From assembly GCA_951406725.2 (NCBI GenBank), contig OX597822.1, positions 7,316,001-7,380,000 on the forward strand: DNA of 64,000 nt, given 5' to 3'. The notes beneath the pieces were generated by a model, which saw nothing but the letters and a program-made list of their open reading frames with translations, made no database searches and had not been told where the DNA came from. Origin of the DNA: Octopus vulgaris. Taxonomy: Eukaryota. Position 1 is the first letter of the stretch, and each line of letters starts with the position of its first letter. Shown in pieces: positions 27,292-41,321 of the stretch. Position numbers and translations under genes: made by a program.

Positions 27292-29334
27292 CTATAGTCA
27301 GAAATATTGTTTCAGTCTATAATACATAGCGATTTAGGTTTTAATCGACAATAAAAAAACAGATTTATGGAACATTGTTCAATTACATATGATGTGGAAG
27401 GAATATAGATTGCACTAATAAGAAAGAAACAAGATTCTGGCTTAAATCTGTGAGGATAAGCGACAATTTCAATGCATTCTCATTTATCTGGACATGACGA
27501 ATTAGTGCAAAGACATGTAAAAACAGAGACTAAAATACGTTAAGGAAAGATATCCGATAAAGACTTTTGATAGCGATAAAATAGACATGAAGGTAACAAT
27601 ATGACTTCTGTTCTCCTGTGGTACTCGATATAGCAAAGAGAAATGAATTGGGAGATGGAAGCGTATCTATGAATCAGAAAAAGGAATTAAAAATTTCATT
27701 AGGAAACGTATTACCAATTTCTACGGCGAATTGGCTGATAATCTATTTTATAATGTGGTTAAAGAAGAGATAAATGAAATACAATATGAAACTATAAACA
27801 GTATTTGCTTCGGTGAATTATCAAATATCACATTTGATCTGAACACGACATAAACTGATATCACTTTTGTTTTATCTCAAATTCATTAATTTAGTTATAT
27901 CCAGAAGCATCTCTTAGAAACCATGTTTATTTTTCACATCGCTTCCTTCGGAAATATACTGTTCAATAAATATTTTATTCCTGCAATTATAAATATTTCT
28001 TTAAATAAATAATTATCATATGAATAAATTCAAAACTCCTAGCTCATGCGATCTAACCTCTGAATAATTTGAATGGAATGAAGACAGTAAATTTATTAAA
28101 TCGATATTTTATTTCTAATCCCTATCTGGTTCTCTCGTTTTCCACTTAATAAAGAATGAGATTAATCATACATAAATGTTCCACATGCATATACATTCCA
28201 GAACACAGTAGTTCGCCAAATTCATAAAATTATGTACGTAAATACGTGGGAATTATAATCTAAAAATAATGTCCGTCTTCTGAGATCAAACAGAAAATTA
28301 AGAAATTTCTAAGGACTAATAAAATATCTGTTGTATGAAATTCGTTGTAAGATATATCGCTTTAATAATTTTCTGACAACATAATAGGATAATATTATTT
28401 ATTATATTAATGCAATGACGTGGTATTGGTATTTTTACCCCAACAAATACATAGAAATACAGATTTGATTAAGAGATGCGTACTTGTTAAAATTCGTCGT
28501 TGAATATAAAACAGTAATCTAAAATTTAACTACGAATCCTCATAACACGGCATTTATATCTGTGTGAAAATACTTACGAATTATGCAAGTAATTAAATTA
28601 AATATTCTTCCTTGCAATATTCTATCGGGTTAACTTGATAATAATTTATCGGAATATTTTGTCCATAAACAATTTCATTTTAATCGATTCTCATGCAAAA
28701 ATTATTTAGAACATTTGATACACAACCATGTAGTATTCATATGTAATTTTATTATTATAGATTACAATATAGGCAATCTTTACAAAAGACAGATGCATTT
28801 CACATTTAATATACTAGAAAATGAATGCAGTCAGGTCTGATAAAATATAACATTTAATTCGGTTTTCTTCACTTCTTTATTTGTGAACAAACTTTGATCG
28901 TAATGACATATACATATTTATACAAACATATATTAACAGACACATATAACATTTTATTAAATTTCCTTTGTATTTGTGAAAGCAAACAGACTCCAAAACA
29001 TGTTGACGTCTCTTTTGTCTTTTAACCTCCAAGAATCGACGGAAAAAGGTTCACGTTAAAATGTTTGGTTGAATTGAATCATTTACACGTTCCTGCTTGC
29101 CATCTTAACCAGTTCGAATTTATAATAAATGCAATATAATATTTTAATCATACTACACTCGTTTCAAAGGAATAATTGTTGAATGAATTAAAGCATTTAC
29201 AATCATTATTGAAGCAACTTTTATTAGTAATAAACAGCGTTGTGGTAACAGCATCTAGTTTGCGTTTTAGTGTAAATTCGTGAATTAAATTTGATCAATT
29301 TCTATGCTTTCTCTTTTCAAATATATTGCAGTTG

Positions 29335-30346
29335 GGGAGAAGACTTGCTCTTGTAACACCCAAAAGCACCCCTTATCTATTTATTTTTTTCTACAGAAAC
29401 TCCCGTTTTCGGCTACGGAGAACAGAAATCTAAAAAAATTTGCAAAAATTGGCATTTTGAAAAGACTTACCATTATTTCGTCACTCTTTACTTTCTGAGT
29501 TCGAATTCCGCCGAGATTGTTTCCGCTTTTATCATTTTGGAGTCGATAAATTAACTATTAGTTAAGTGCTGGGGTAGATTACATCGATTAGCTTTTCCTC
29601 CGAAACCCTCCTTAATTTTCTCAAATATCCTAAAAGTTTTACCGGATTTCCATACAATTCGCAGGGTGGGACATTTCTGCAGGTCACCAATACGTATTTC
29701 AATGCTAAACTAGTCCGTTTCTTGGTAGTTCGGGTGTTGGGCCGCTTACACAAATTATCCTTTCTTTTTAACGTTCGAGTTTAAAAATTCCTTCATTCGT
29801 CTCGTCTAGTTTCTCATATCCACATTGATATTCACATTGATATCTACTCTACTACCAATCATGATAACAAATTCAAGGAATTTGCAATCGCAATATTTAC
29901 GTGTTCTTATTTATAGCTTCATGTTTGTTTGGCGATACACCATTCCTTCAAAAATTATTTTACCTTCTATCGAACGTTTATAGAATTCTTCCTAGAAATG
30001 TCTAAAACTAAAATCTTCATTTTTAACTTATTTCAGAATTTTTTTTAATATGCGGAAAAATACGGAGATTTTGATTCTGAAACCAATTTCCAAAAAATTT
30101 TGCTACTTAGGGTTAGGGTTAGGGTTTTACGGTTAAGGTTATGATTTTAGTGTTAGGGTTGGGGTTTTAGGATTAGTGTTACGGAAAAAAGTGAAAAAGG
30201 AAGAAATTGATGGGGAATAAGGGAGGGGGTAAAATAAATCAATATTCCGGAATCTCCGTGTCCTAAAACGTGGGATTTTGGCAATTTTAAAAAACAAACA
30301 CAATAATTTTCGAGAAAAAGGTGGTAGTCGGGAGTAAGTCTTTCCC
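29335..30346. mobile_element. MITE-like element with long imperfect TIRs, internal (TTAGGG)n and a ~550-bp inserted local sequence
   Basis: Left GGGAGAAGACTTGCTCTTG versus reverse complement of right end GGGAAAGACTTACTCCCG; subterminal CCCGTTTTCGGCTACGGAGA / TCTCCGTGTCCTAAAACGTGGG; flanks AGTTG / AGCTG. Confidence 0.7.
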
Positions 30347-30499
30347 AGCTGTGTTTGGTCAAATTTGAAAGCTACCTCTTAAGTGCTTTTTTTGCGGAAG
30401 TGATGGAAACATATTTATGGATTTCATATTCAGTTATATTCAATAAATACTGTATTTCAAATTAGAAGTATTTGATTCGATCACTCATTATCTAAGTCA

Positions 30500-30914
30500 G
30501 GATCGTTTTGGTTTGAACGGCAGTTTTTAACATAATTTCTAGGTAATTAAAAAATATTAAACTTCGTAGAATGTGTTTATAAAACATCTTTTTCTCTTGG
30601 CTTTATTGAGAAAATTCTATAGTTTGTAACATATTTGTTGCTTTTTTCTTCTTCAATTTCTGCAATTTCAACCAATCAATGACGTCCATTGAGGTAAACA
30701 ACATTCTGTGTCGAATGAATATATCCCTCGTTTAAGAAACAGATTGGGTTTATTTATATTTGTGAAGAAAAAATATACCCTTCCCCCACCCCTAACCCTA
30801 ATCCTAACCCTAAAGCAGATTGAAATACAATATATCGATACTAGGGTCATAATTATGGGTGACAATTTCATATGACACCGCTAGAAAAAACTGCCGTTCA
30901 GACCGAAAAGATCC
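30500..30914. mobile_element. MITE with ~28-bp TIRs and 8-bp TSD (Merlin- or MULE-like)
   Basis: GGATCGTTTTGGTTTGAACGGCAGTTTTT ... AAAAACTGCCGTTCAGACCGAAAAGATCC; TSD CTAAGTCA at 30492-30499 and 30915-30922; internal (CCCTAA)n. Confidence 0.9.
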
Positions 30915-31075
30915 CTAAGTCATCCTCCTTGCAACAGGGCTTCACATTATGGCTAGATATCTTTTATCACTGATATATTAAGCACATTTCTTGATAGTGC
31001 ATTAATTCGGAATTTCATTAAACATCATTTTGTCATTATATATTTGTATATGCTATTAATTTTTCCGTCGTCTAA

Positions 31076-31275
31076 GGCGGTGGGATGCGAAATGCATAAG
31101 CATACCGGGGCAAAATGCTGAGCGACTTTTCGTCTTTCGTTACGTTCTGAGTTCAAACGCTTGCGAAGTCTTTCATCTTTTCGCTGTTAATTATATGAAT
31201 ACGTTTTGAGCACTGGGAACGATTTAACTGACTAATCCTCTTTCCCAAAATTGGTGGCCTTTGTGCCAAAATTTC
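31076..31275 (+). mobile_element. degenerate SINE family A
   Basis: GGCGGTGGG...AAATGCTGAGCG...CGTTACGTTCTGAGTTCAAA. Confidence 0.65.
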
Positions 31276-31294
31276 AAATATGTATTACTTAATA

Positions 31295-31701
31295 GGCGCA
31301 GGAGTGGCTGTGTGGTAAGTAGCTTGCTAACCACCCACATGGTTCCGGGTTCAGTCCCACTGCGTGGCATCTTGGGCAAGTGTCTTCTGCTATAGCCCCG
31401 GGACGACCAATGCCTTGTGAGGGGATTTGGTAGACGAAAACTGAAAGAATCCTGTCGTATATATGTATATATATGTATGTGTATGTGTGTGTGTTTGTGT
31501 GTGTGTTTGTCCCCATAGCATTGCTTGACAACCCATGCTGGTGTATTTACGTCCCCGTCACTTAGCGGTTCGGCAAAAGAGACCGATAGAATAAATACTG
31601 GGCTTACAAAGAATAAGTCCCGGGGTCGATTTGTTCGACTAAAGGTGGTGCTCCAGCATGTCCGCAGTCAAATGACTGAAACATGTATAAGAGTAAAGAG
31701 T
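31295..31701 (+). mobile_element. SINE family B, full length
   Basis: Same head, CORE-like CTTGGGCAAGTGTCTT and tail as 14733-15209. Confidence 0.9.
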
Positions 31702-33180
31702 ATAGTTTGTTGAAGTGTGTGTCGATGTTTATTTCACGTAAAAAAATTATAGAACGTAATAGATGTCAATAACATTTTAATCGTCTCTTTTTCATTAAAT
31801 ATATTCGGTTAAATAAGGCATTGGTAAGCGACATTGTAATTCCACTAACATCAAATTTGCTTCCATGGCTTTAAACTGCGAAGATACATAGCATTGATAT
31901 GAAGCAATAATATTATAATATCTAACTTCACACTTTTACAAATATATACACTCTGTTTCAAGTAATTTAATTGATACTATAAATTGATAAATTTCGCAAG
32001 TAAATTAATTTAAACTATAAACTGATATTTGACCTGTATTCAGGAATTTATTTTCGTCATATCAGAGGGAATGTTTATCATTGTTAACTACATACCGCTA
32101 AAATACCAACCATAGACTCCTAAATAAGATAAATAATGACGGTTTGTTTATACTCGCATCTTTCTTTAAAGCAACTCGAATGTAGGCGACGTAAATAGTG
32201 ACAGCTGCAAACTAATCAGTTTCATCTTGATTTCAGTTTAGACAGCCGTTTGCTCATTTCTATTGTATAATTACAAAGGTGTATTGTCTAGTGATAAACA
32301 TGTATTTATACGCATTGTATTAAAGTGGTGGAGAGGAAAGTCCTACAAAAATTTCCCTGAAAACTTTTAATATAGATAAATATGAAACTGTCGACCATTT
32401 CTCTTCTTCTCATCACCGTCGCTGTATAGAACCTAGAATTAACGCATAAATTACATCAATTCTTCTTGTACGTCTGGCCCAAGTATTTTCCTACCTGCTT
32501 ACATCACTATTGAATGCGGCGTTAAGAAAATTTTCTAACTAAATAAAAATGATGAGCAGACCCCATACGTAAGACCCCATACTGTGTATCCTACTGGTAA
32601 TACCACCTCCATTTGTCACAGATTGTAAAATAAATAAAACCTATCAAGCGTCTGTTCAATACTTAAACTTCAGAGCAATTTTGCTTATGCGATCCATAAC
32701 AATCCCACTGTTGCCTGAAGAGTTTTACCTGAGAGTGTGATGTGCCAAAATAATCAACTAAATATATTTCAATACAAAGTGTGAAACACTTAATAACAAT
32801 TGCGATACATCCAATAGCACAGGAAAATAAACGATGTCCTATAAAAGATAGCAAGTACAAGGCTGGTAGCCTTTTAGACATGGGCTTGCGAAAATATTTG
32901 CTAAAACAGGATTAAATAATTACAATATCATAACTTCAGAACGCACAAGTCTTTATAACTGCTCTGGAGTTAACTGGCTGCATCTGTACGTGACTGAATG
33001 TGAACTGTACGCGTCTTATAAATTGATGAGCCACTAGATAGCTGAGGTCGAACTGTGAGAGCGTTTGTCTTGTTATTGATTCTGCGTTGGAGTGCTGTGC
33101 GAAAGGTTATAAAAACAAACTCGGTTTACATTGTTTATTTTTAGACGGTTATATTTGGCACTGTGGTATATTGTTATACA

Positions 33181-33234
<54 letters not shown>

Positions 33235-33476
33235 ACAGTGTCGTCACTGACCGTATAACAACAACTTAAGTTTGACTGTTTAAATCCGATGCAGAATTAC
33301 CTAGTAATGATCTTCAAATTTGTTTAATCCGATTCAATCCTAATCAGGTAATAAATTGTAATTAATGCATGCAGAAAAATCATCTAGGCAGTTCTTAGAA
33401 TTCAATTCTCTAGTGATTGCCTACTTTCTTCCAATAAATGCCAAAGCTAACAACATGATTCTTGTTGTATTTATAA

Positions 33477-33871
33477 CTAGCAGTATCGCCCGGCGTTGCT
33501 CGGGTTTGTAATGGAAATAACTATATAAGCATTTTTAGAGATGTAAAGTATAATAGCCATCTCAAAATGGCTAACCACAAAGGGGGGGTGTTACTGTAGC
33601 TTTTTACGTTCTGAGATTTAATAATACATTTTTAGAGAGTTACTTCCCTTATATATGCCAAAAATGCATTAAAATGGAAAAAAATGATGGTAATTTTTTT
33701 TTTAAATCGTAGACTCATCGTAGACGCGCGCTAATACCCAGAAGGGCTGGATATGAATCACGACTATAAGATACCCGATTTTGGTTAAACTGCACCGCAA
33801 AATGTGGGAGTAGTTAGGAATCTAAATTGTAGGAGACAGACATCACACAACCTCCCTTTTATATATAAAGA
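33477..33871 (-). mobile_element. non-autonomous Helitron
   Basis: Minus strand A|TCTTTATATATAAAA 5' end; 3' hairpin CCCGAGCAACGCCGGG followed by CTAG|T; inserted between A and T, no TSD. Confidence 0.88.
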
Positions 33872-34504
33872 TATGTATAACTTGGTAAATATTATGGACT
33901 TGTAGTTGTGTAAATTTCAATCGTCACTTTCACATGAACGCAAAACGTAAATGTACAGAACATTTGAATATTAAAAACATCAATTATAGTATGTGTTATG
34001 TCTATATATGATATTTCTACATTGCAACAGACTTTCGAGTGACATTAGCTAATTACCATTTTAAAATATTCAGTCCCTATGGCGCAGGTATTAAAGGTAG
34101 TTTTAATATTGGAAGTACGAACAGGTGCTAATACTCACCAGACTAATATTAAAATAAAGAGAGTAATGCGAGTAAAACAACGTTTTTAGAATTATATATC
34201 AGAAGTAAAGCAGATAGTAACTCTATGAATATATCGTTAACCGATGCGTTTGGTGTGTGATTAATATATGATTATAATACCTTATCTTGCTATAAAAATA
34301 CATCCTTAGCCCTACGCAGATCGATAAATGCATGCATATTCAGACAACTCACGCTCAAAATATTACAGTCTGTCACAATTTTTAATTGTGTGTGTCTCTG
34401 TTCAGAGTTCGCTAACTCTCTCCCTGCTTTTCTCACGCACACATATACACGGGTGCATTTGAGAGAATATCTATCTACCTATCTACCTATCTACCTACCT
34501 ACCA

Positions 34505-34568
<64 letters not shown>

Positions 34569-34575
34569 GTATAGT

Positions 34576-34780
34576 TAATCCAAACATGAAAACACAAAGA
34601 GAAAACACACCAGCGCGTGGACGTGGAAGTGTTACTGGACGCTCAGGAAAAGAAAGACAGAAGGAGGATTTAACGTTTCGAGCGGAGCTCTTCGTCAGAA
34701 ACATAGAAAGAGGAAAGGTCCAAGGAAGGGAAGACGGAGGAAAAAATCGCCAACGATACACACGCGGTCACATTTTGAAT
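34576..34780 (-). mobile_element. PLE pseudo-LTR-like short repeat beside (TA)n
   Basis: Contains an intact hammerhead core; a second partial copy lies at 57561-57660 (+), also in (TA)n. Confidence 0.7.
34668..34703 (-). ncRNA. minimal type I hammerhead ribozyme motif
   Basis: Minus strand TTT-CTGACGA-A-GAGC-TCC-GCTC-GAAAC-GTT-AAA: CUGANGA/GAAA core, 4-bp stem II, palindromic AACGTT stem III. Confidence 0.75.
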
Positions 34781-34792
34781 CATATATATACA

Positions 34793-34856
<64 letters not shown>

Positions 34857-34862
34857 AATCTA

Positions 34863-34902
<40 letters not shown>

Positions 34903-35439
34903 ACAAGTGGGATACATACTTACATACATACATAAATAGTTCGACTCACTAACAAATGTCTGTATGCATGTGTAATCATACATAGTGGCTCCAATTTATG
35001 TAGAAGTTGTGTGCAGATAATTCTAAGACAGAGAATTAAATTATACGCTTTTCATGTACTTGGTAGTATATTGCGGCTGGAAAAGGAAATACGATGATCC
35101 TACAAGCAATTCATATGCACGTACCTATTGCAAGGAATGTGTGTAGTATGTAAAATTGGTATATCTAATTCTATAACAACGCTATGTTTGGTCGCTATTT
35201 AGGCAATGTATAAGTGGAAAGCAAATGGTTTGGATGCGGTACTGAAGAATGTACATTAGATACTGCAACACGCATGTGCACACATCCTCGATCGCAATGT
35301 ATACATAGATGTATTCTCTTATAGAAAAAGAAGCAACGTTCAGTGCTAACACCAATTTCTTACGAAGATCTGTAGACATAACTTCAAAAAGTTACACACA
35401 CAAAGAAACACATATACAAATATACATAAATATATATAA

Positions 35440-35524
<85 letters not shown>

Positions 35525-36005
35525 GTGTGGTCATGTGCGCTAGTACGTGTGTAAGTGTGATAACATAATCATATTGATGTTGCTAAGAACTTTTGTATAC
35601 CCAGACATGTATTCTATGAAGATTATGCATTTATTTACTCTGCATTTGTATCTTAGTATTGCTATTTCCTCTCCATCATACTAAAAAAAATTGTAAGACA
35701 GATTACGATTTTGATATAGAATTGCTTTAGTGTTCTCTATGCGACACAATATAATAATGGATTACATTGAAATGGATAATGGAATCCTGAGGCTGTGGGC
35801 TCCATTAATGAACAACGCAGCATTTTTTAAATATTTCCTCTATTTCAGTTCATTCATTTTACTGCAAGAAATTACTACTGACAGTAGAAGACTTGTTAAG
35901 ACTCGCAAGCAAGATCTAAACTCTTGCATTCCTAAATGAAACGTACAGTTGTACACGTATATACATACGCATGTATGTATTTATGAATGTAACCTCCCTC
36001 CCTCC

Positions 36006-36043
<38 letters not shown>

Positions 36044-36221
36044 CTGTGTCCCTTTGTTTCGAAGTACACATTAATCTATGAGAACATGATGTAAATATTG
36101 ATTTGACAGACGGATTTAGAGGGAAAATCTCAAATACTACTCATAAGACTTGAACCTACCTCTTCTTCGGAAGTCAGAGACCTTTAACTATTGGACAAGT
36201 TCAATCTTTCTAATATCTCCA

Positions 36222-36855
36222 TAGTTTTAGACATTTCTAGGAAGAATTCTATAAACGTTCGATAAAAGGTAAAATAATTTTTGAAGGAATGGTGTATCGC
36301 CAAACAAACATGAAGCTATAAATAAGAACACGTAAATATTGCGATTGCAAATTCCTTGAATTTGTTATCATGATTGGTAGTAGAGTGGATATCAATGTGA
36401 ATATCAATGTGGATATGAGAAACTAGACGAGACGAATGAAGGAATTTTAAAACTCGAACGTTAAAAAGAAAGGATAATTTGTGTAAGCGGCCCAACACCC
36501 GAACTACCAAGAAACGGAATAGTTTAGCATTGAAATACGTATTGGTGACCTGCAGAAATGTCCCACCCTGCGAATTGCATGGAAATCTCCCAATGCTGAT
36601 TCGGTAAAACTTTTAGGATATTTGAGAAAATTAAGGAGGGTTTTTCCTCCATATTGCAACACATTTTCTCTGTTAATAATCAGTTCCGCTATTGACACAA
36701 TGCCTGATGTTTCGGAGGAAAAGCTAATCGATGTAATCTACCCCAGCACTTAACTAATAGTTACTTTATCGACTCCAAAATGATAAAAGCGGAAACAATC
36801 TCGGCCGAATTCGAACTCAGAAAGTAAAGAGTGACGAAATAATGGTAAGTCTTTT
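36222..36855. repeat. probable source of the inverted near-identical duplicate at 29461-30010; includes a degenerate family A SINE (36715-36850, minus)
   Basis: Base-by-base reverse-complement match with few substitutions; two segments are missing from the 29.5-kb copy. Confidence 0.92.
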
Positions 36856-39077
36856 ATATGCAGTGATAAGGATTATGCCAGCTCACTCTTTTCATGTCTG
36901 CTAATAATAATGGTTATTAATTTGGTTATTATTTTGGCGGGTGTCTAGATATATCATAGTTGGTTTAAAGTGATTAAATGGACTCCATTGATCAACTGGT
37001 ACTGTTTTTTTAATCGATGTTGGGTGCACAAAAGGTAAAGATGACTTCGGCTGTATTTGAATTCACAATTTAAAACCGTGCTAACGATTTCGCCAGATCG
37101 CTGACTTTATTTCTGCTAATGGTAATAATAAAGAAAATGAAGTATTTTTGCGATGGAAAATACTTGAAGGCAAAAGACAAAGATTTCTCTCACGTGCCGC
37201 TAATTCAAAAAAATACAAAAATGAAAATCAGTCATGGAATACAGACGTTTACCACTATCAATAATTAGAACCTATGTAAATCTCTTAGGCAGAATGACAG
37301 TTTCGAAGCATGAAATCTGGTGAAAAATTTAAAACCAAAGTGTTCTCGCTAATCAATAGCATAAACGGTCTAAGTTATATTTACAATTACTGCGATATAA
37401 TTTTAGGGGCACTTCAATCTATTTAAAAAATATTCAGAAAAGGTAAAACGTAACAATACGTTGGAAGATATATCACAACTAGGAAAATGTTCGCTGATGT
37501 ACAAAATATAAATGAATTACTGTAAACACTACAGTAGAAGTGGTAGTGGAAATCTCCAACTCACATAATCTCATATCTTAATACCATCCAGGAGCCGTGA
37601 GCAAGTGCAACAGCCGTGAGCAGATGCAAGAATTTAGAAATTACAAAAGGCGAATTTAAACAAAGCTTGACGCCATATAACTGATAGAATTTGACTCCAG
37701 AGTACAAAAGAGAAGAAAATAAAACGTTAAGCGCTATTTAAATAAGTTAACAGTGTATTCAAAATAATAGTCATGCAAATTCAATTCATCTTGAAACTAA
37801 AGTACGTACTCAGTATAGTGTCGAATCATGTGAAAATGATGGAAAAGCTAAATCTCATCTTATTTGCTAAACAACAAAATAGAAATGCGTTAAATCTTAA
37901 TTGGTGGACATTCTCATTACACAATAGGAAGGCACCAAAACACTAATTATCTGAAAATATTGTTTGCGACAGAGCTCTTAAACAACTCTAATTGCGACAC
38001 TAAGAAAGACGGTTATAAATATTCTGACAAAGAATAATTTAGAAAGGAAAAACAGATGCGCCATTGCCCCAGATGACAGTACACGAACCTACTGATGCAC
38101 AAAATAGCATTTGAACATTTATGTAGAAATCAAATATCGTCTATTCTCTGCGAAAACACATTGAAAACACCATTGACAGCATAGCGTGTTCATGCATTGT
38201 TTATCATAAGCGGATGTGTATATCATAACTGATGGTTATAGATTACAGGCGAAATAAGTGTTTCAAAATGAATAACAAATATAGTAATAATGATAATGTA
38301 ATTATCTTCAAACTGATAACTGAAAAAGAACATATTCAAGAAGAATAACAGTCACCGTGTAAAAGCGGGATTACTTCCTGATGAATGAAATACAGTCTTA
38401 AAGGGTAGTGGTTTGTAATAATCCCTCTCCGTGTGCACTGCCTAGTAGTCATCAGTAGTCGTAGACCTCCATGGCAAAACTCTCAAGCTTTCACATTATT
38501 TTTCACATTATTTTTCCTTTCCCGTTGTATTTCCACTTTTCCCTCCTGCTGTTTCACCCTTTGGCAATGGTACAGGCGTGGTTGTTTCTAGCGATATCTA
38601 AGAAATTTCCTATTGCTTGGGATGTCTAAAATCCGAAAATGTCGTCTCCCCAGTGAGTAAAATTTAATACTTTATTCACCTATAAACAGCGATCTACTAC
38701 TTTATATAATGCCTGCCAAATCAGAGACATAACTTTAAGAACTTTCCGGGTCCGAGAGCAAAATATATAAGATATGATAATAAACAAGATATCTATTATT
38801 TGTGTATTGTACAGCGACAAAGAATTCAGTTATAGATTAAAAGAATTCGAGCAAAGAAGCGTATATATTCCTTTCGATCAAAGACTGCGAATCGTTTCCT
38901 CATAAAAAGAAAAGAAATTTTCTCCGAAACATATATGCGACGGATGTGAAAGAAAAATGAAAAAAAGACACCAAACAAATCCGCCCCGAAAAACAGACAT
39001 TATGAACAGATAGATCGTTTCCATAGTACCTTTTAAAATCAATATGATTGAGGAATAAGTAAAAAGAAAGAAAAGTT

Positions 39078-39246
<169 letters not shown>

Positions 39247-39250
39247 CTAT

Positions 39251-39568
39251 GAGGGCGCGTGGCTTAGTGGTTAGGGCATTCGGCTCATGATCGTAAGGTT
39301 GTGAGTTCGATTCCCGGCGACGCGTTGTGTCCTTGAGCAAGACACTTTATTTCATGTTGCTCCAGTTCACTCAGCTGGCAAAAATGAGTTGTACTTGTAT
39401 GTCAAAGGGTCAGCCTTGTCACTCTCTGTGTCACGCTGATTATCCCCGAGAACTACGTTAAGGGTACACGTGTCTGTGGAATGCTCAGCCATTTGCACGT
39501 GAATTTCACGAGCAAGCTGTTCCGTTGATCGTAACAGCTGGGACCCTCGTCGTCGTAACCGGCGGAGT
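39251..39568 (+). mobile_element. tRNA-derived CORE-like SINE family D
   Basis: GTGGCTTAGTGGTTAGGGC, GAGTTCGATTCCCGG, GTGTCCTTGAGCAAGACACTT; tail shared with family C copies at 25667 and 45651. Confidence 0.9.
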
Positions 39569-39580
39569 CTTTTTTTTAAA

Positions 39581-39651
<71 letters not shown>

Positions 39652-41007
39652 GGCAAATAGTTCCAAAGAATTAAATTCTATTACGCGAAACCCAGCACAC
39701 AGCCATACACATTCCTAGGTGAATTGAGGAAGAAATCTTTTCCCTAAACGTTTACGTAAAACCAGTGCAACTTGATGCGACCCATAACGGAAAACAAAGT
39801 AAAGCATCCAACTACCGAATGATAATTACAAAAGAATTGTGCACTCTATATACAAAGAAGCTCAGGAATAGTTAGCAGAAACGTTACAACTGCACTTTTA
39901 TAAAACATACAAAACAAACTACAAAAACATTGATAATGACGTTGCTTAAAGAAAGGCCTCACGTTAAAACCAGAGAAATTTAAACAGAATATAATGCAGG
40001 AAATGCTCGCAGTTTTGGAACTTCAAACATTTCCTAAAACTTTCAAATGTATGGGATTGTTACAAACAATAGAGTCGAGCTTTGGTCGATTGATCAGAAA
40101 TGAAATTGAATTATATTCATAGATGTAGACTAAGATCAACGTTTCTTAACAAGATCTTAACATAATATCAAGACGGAATACTGTGTGCTGGTTTTGTTTG
40201 ATGAATTTGTGTGTAACATACGAGACATGTGAGCAATTTTGAACTCATTAAAGTATATCGGAAGATAAGTCAATCATACTTCTAATATGCGAGGGAATGC
40301 TGTTTCCGGCAAGAAAGTTGTGCACGCATGTCCTAGATGATGAAAGAAAATGAAAGTGATGTCATACTCATATAAAGAGATAAGAAGATGTGAGTGAGCT
40401 GGCTAAATATAATGATATACAAATGACTCATGTTTTGCATCGCAACTTATGAGAATTGGTCAAATGATATGAAGATAGTAAGGTGACTAAAACTTCACCA
40501 AGCATAAAGACCTGTGTATAAATATAGGTAAATTTTCCACATTTTTCCATTTCGTACTCTTGACCATATACTCTTCAGTATTTCTATTAATTTTCAATAC
40601 TTTGTTGATTTTGATCACTTTTATACACATACCCCATCAAGTATGTTATGATTTTAAATAAATCTCTTAAGATATGAGTTGCTAAAATAACCTCATTAAT
40701 AAAAACGCTAAAATAATTAAACCTAATATTTAATAGTAATAATGATAATATGATGATTAAAACCTAATACGTAACAGTTACATAACACGGTTTTCGAAGA
40801 ATAATTGGGCAATAAGAGAAATTGTTTTGAAAAATGACCAAAGACCGGTAAAAATGGAGACTACAGATTTTTCTTCCAAACTGAGAGAAAGAAAATATGC
40901 CTATCAATTTCATATGGTGTAACGATATTTTATATGGTGTAAGAAAGTGGAATTGAGTAAAGAAGGTACATTTAGTCCTTACGAAGAAGTTGTTGAGTCA
41001 AAACTTG

Positions 41008-41321
41008 GCTCAAAACAAATAGCGCGAGTGATAAAAATCAATCATCAAGTCAATATCATGGTGTTTGGAGTGATCACTAGTGATAGCGATGCTATGCCTC
41101 TATTCATCTTCTCACGTGACCTCAGACTCAAATACAGAGGCCCACATCAGTGCATGGAGGTGGTAATGCTGCCCTGGGTCAAGAGGGATGGCTGCTGGAA
41201 TCCATATGTCTGGCAACAGTACTCTGTACCATACGACACAAGCAGGAAAACCCAGTCATGGCTGTCAGACAATTTCTGCGACCTCATCACCCCTAACATC
41301 TGGCCACATTACTCCCCAGAC
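41008..41321 (+). mobile_element. IS630-Tc1-mariner (DD37D/maT-like) transposase fragment, copy 1
   Basis: NIMVFGVITSDSDAMPLFIF...YVWQQYSVPYDTSRKTQSWLSDNF...WPHYSPD (equivalent to QQDSAPCH...WPPNSPD). Confidence 0.85.

Noticed and set aside
27188-27310. CTGAGGA...GAAAT as another hammerhead
   Set aside because: No convincing stem II or stem I pairing next to the core
30107-30813. Head-to-head telomere fusion site
   Set aside because: Short degenerate arrays, each inside a separate TIR element
32960-33110. TATA-like promoter (CTTATAAA) in a locally GC-richer stretch
   Set aside because: No identifiable downstream gene; such motifs are common in AT-rich DNA
37400-38400. Possible decayed LINE endonuclease remnant (MEKLNLI...WWTF)
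   Set aside because: Only one weak motif; too degraded to support without a profile search
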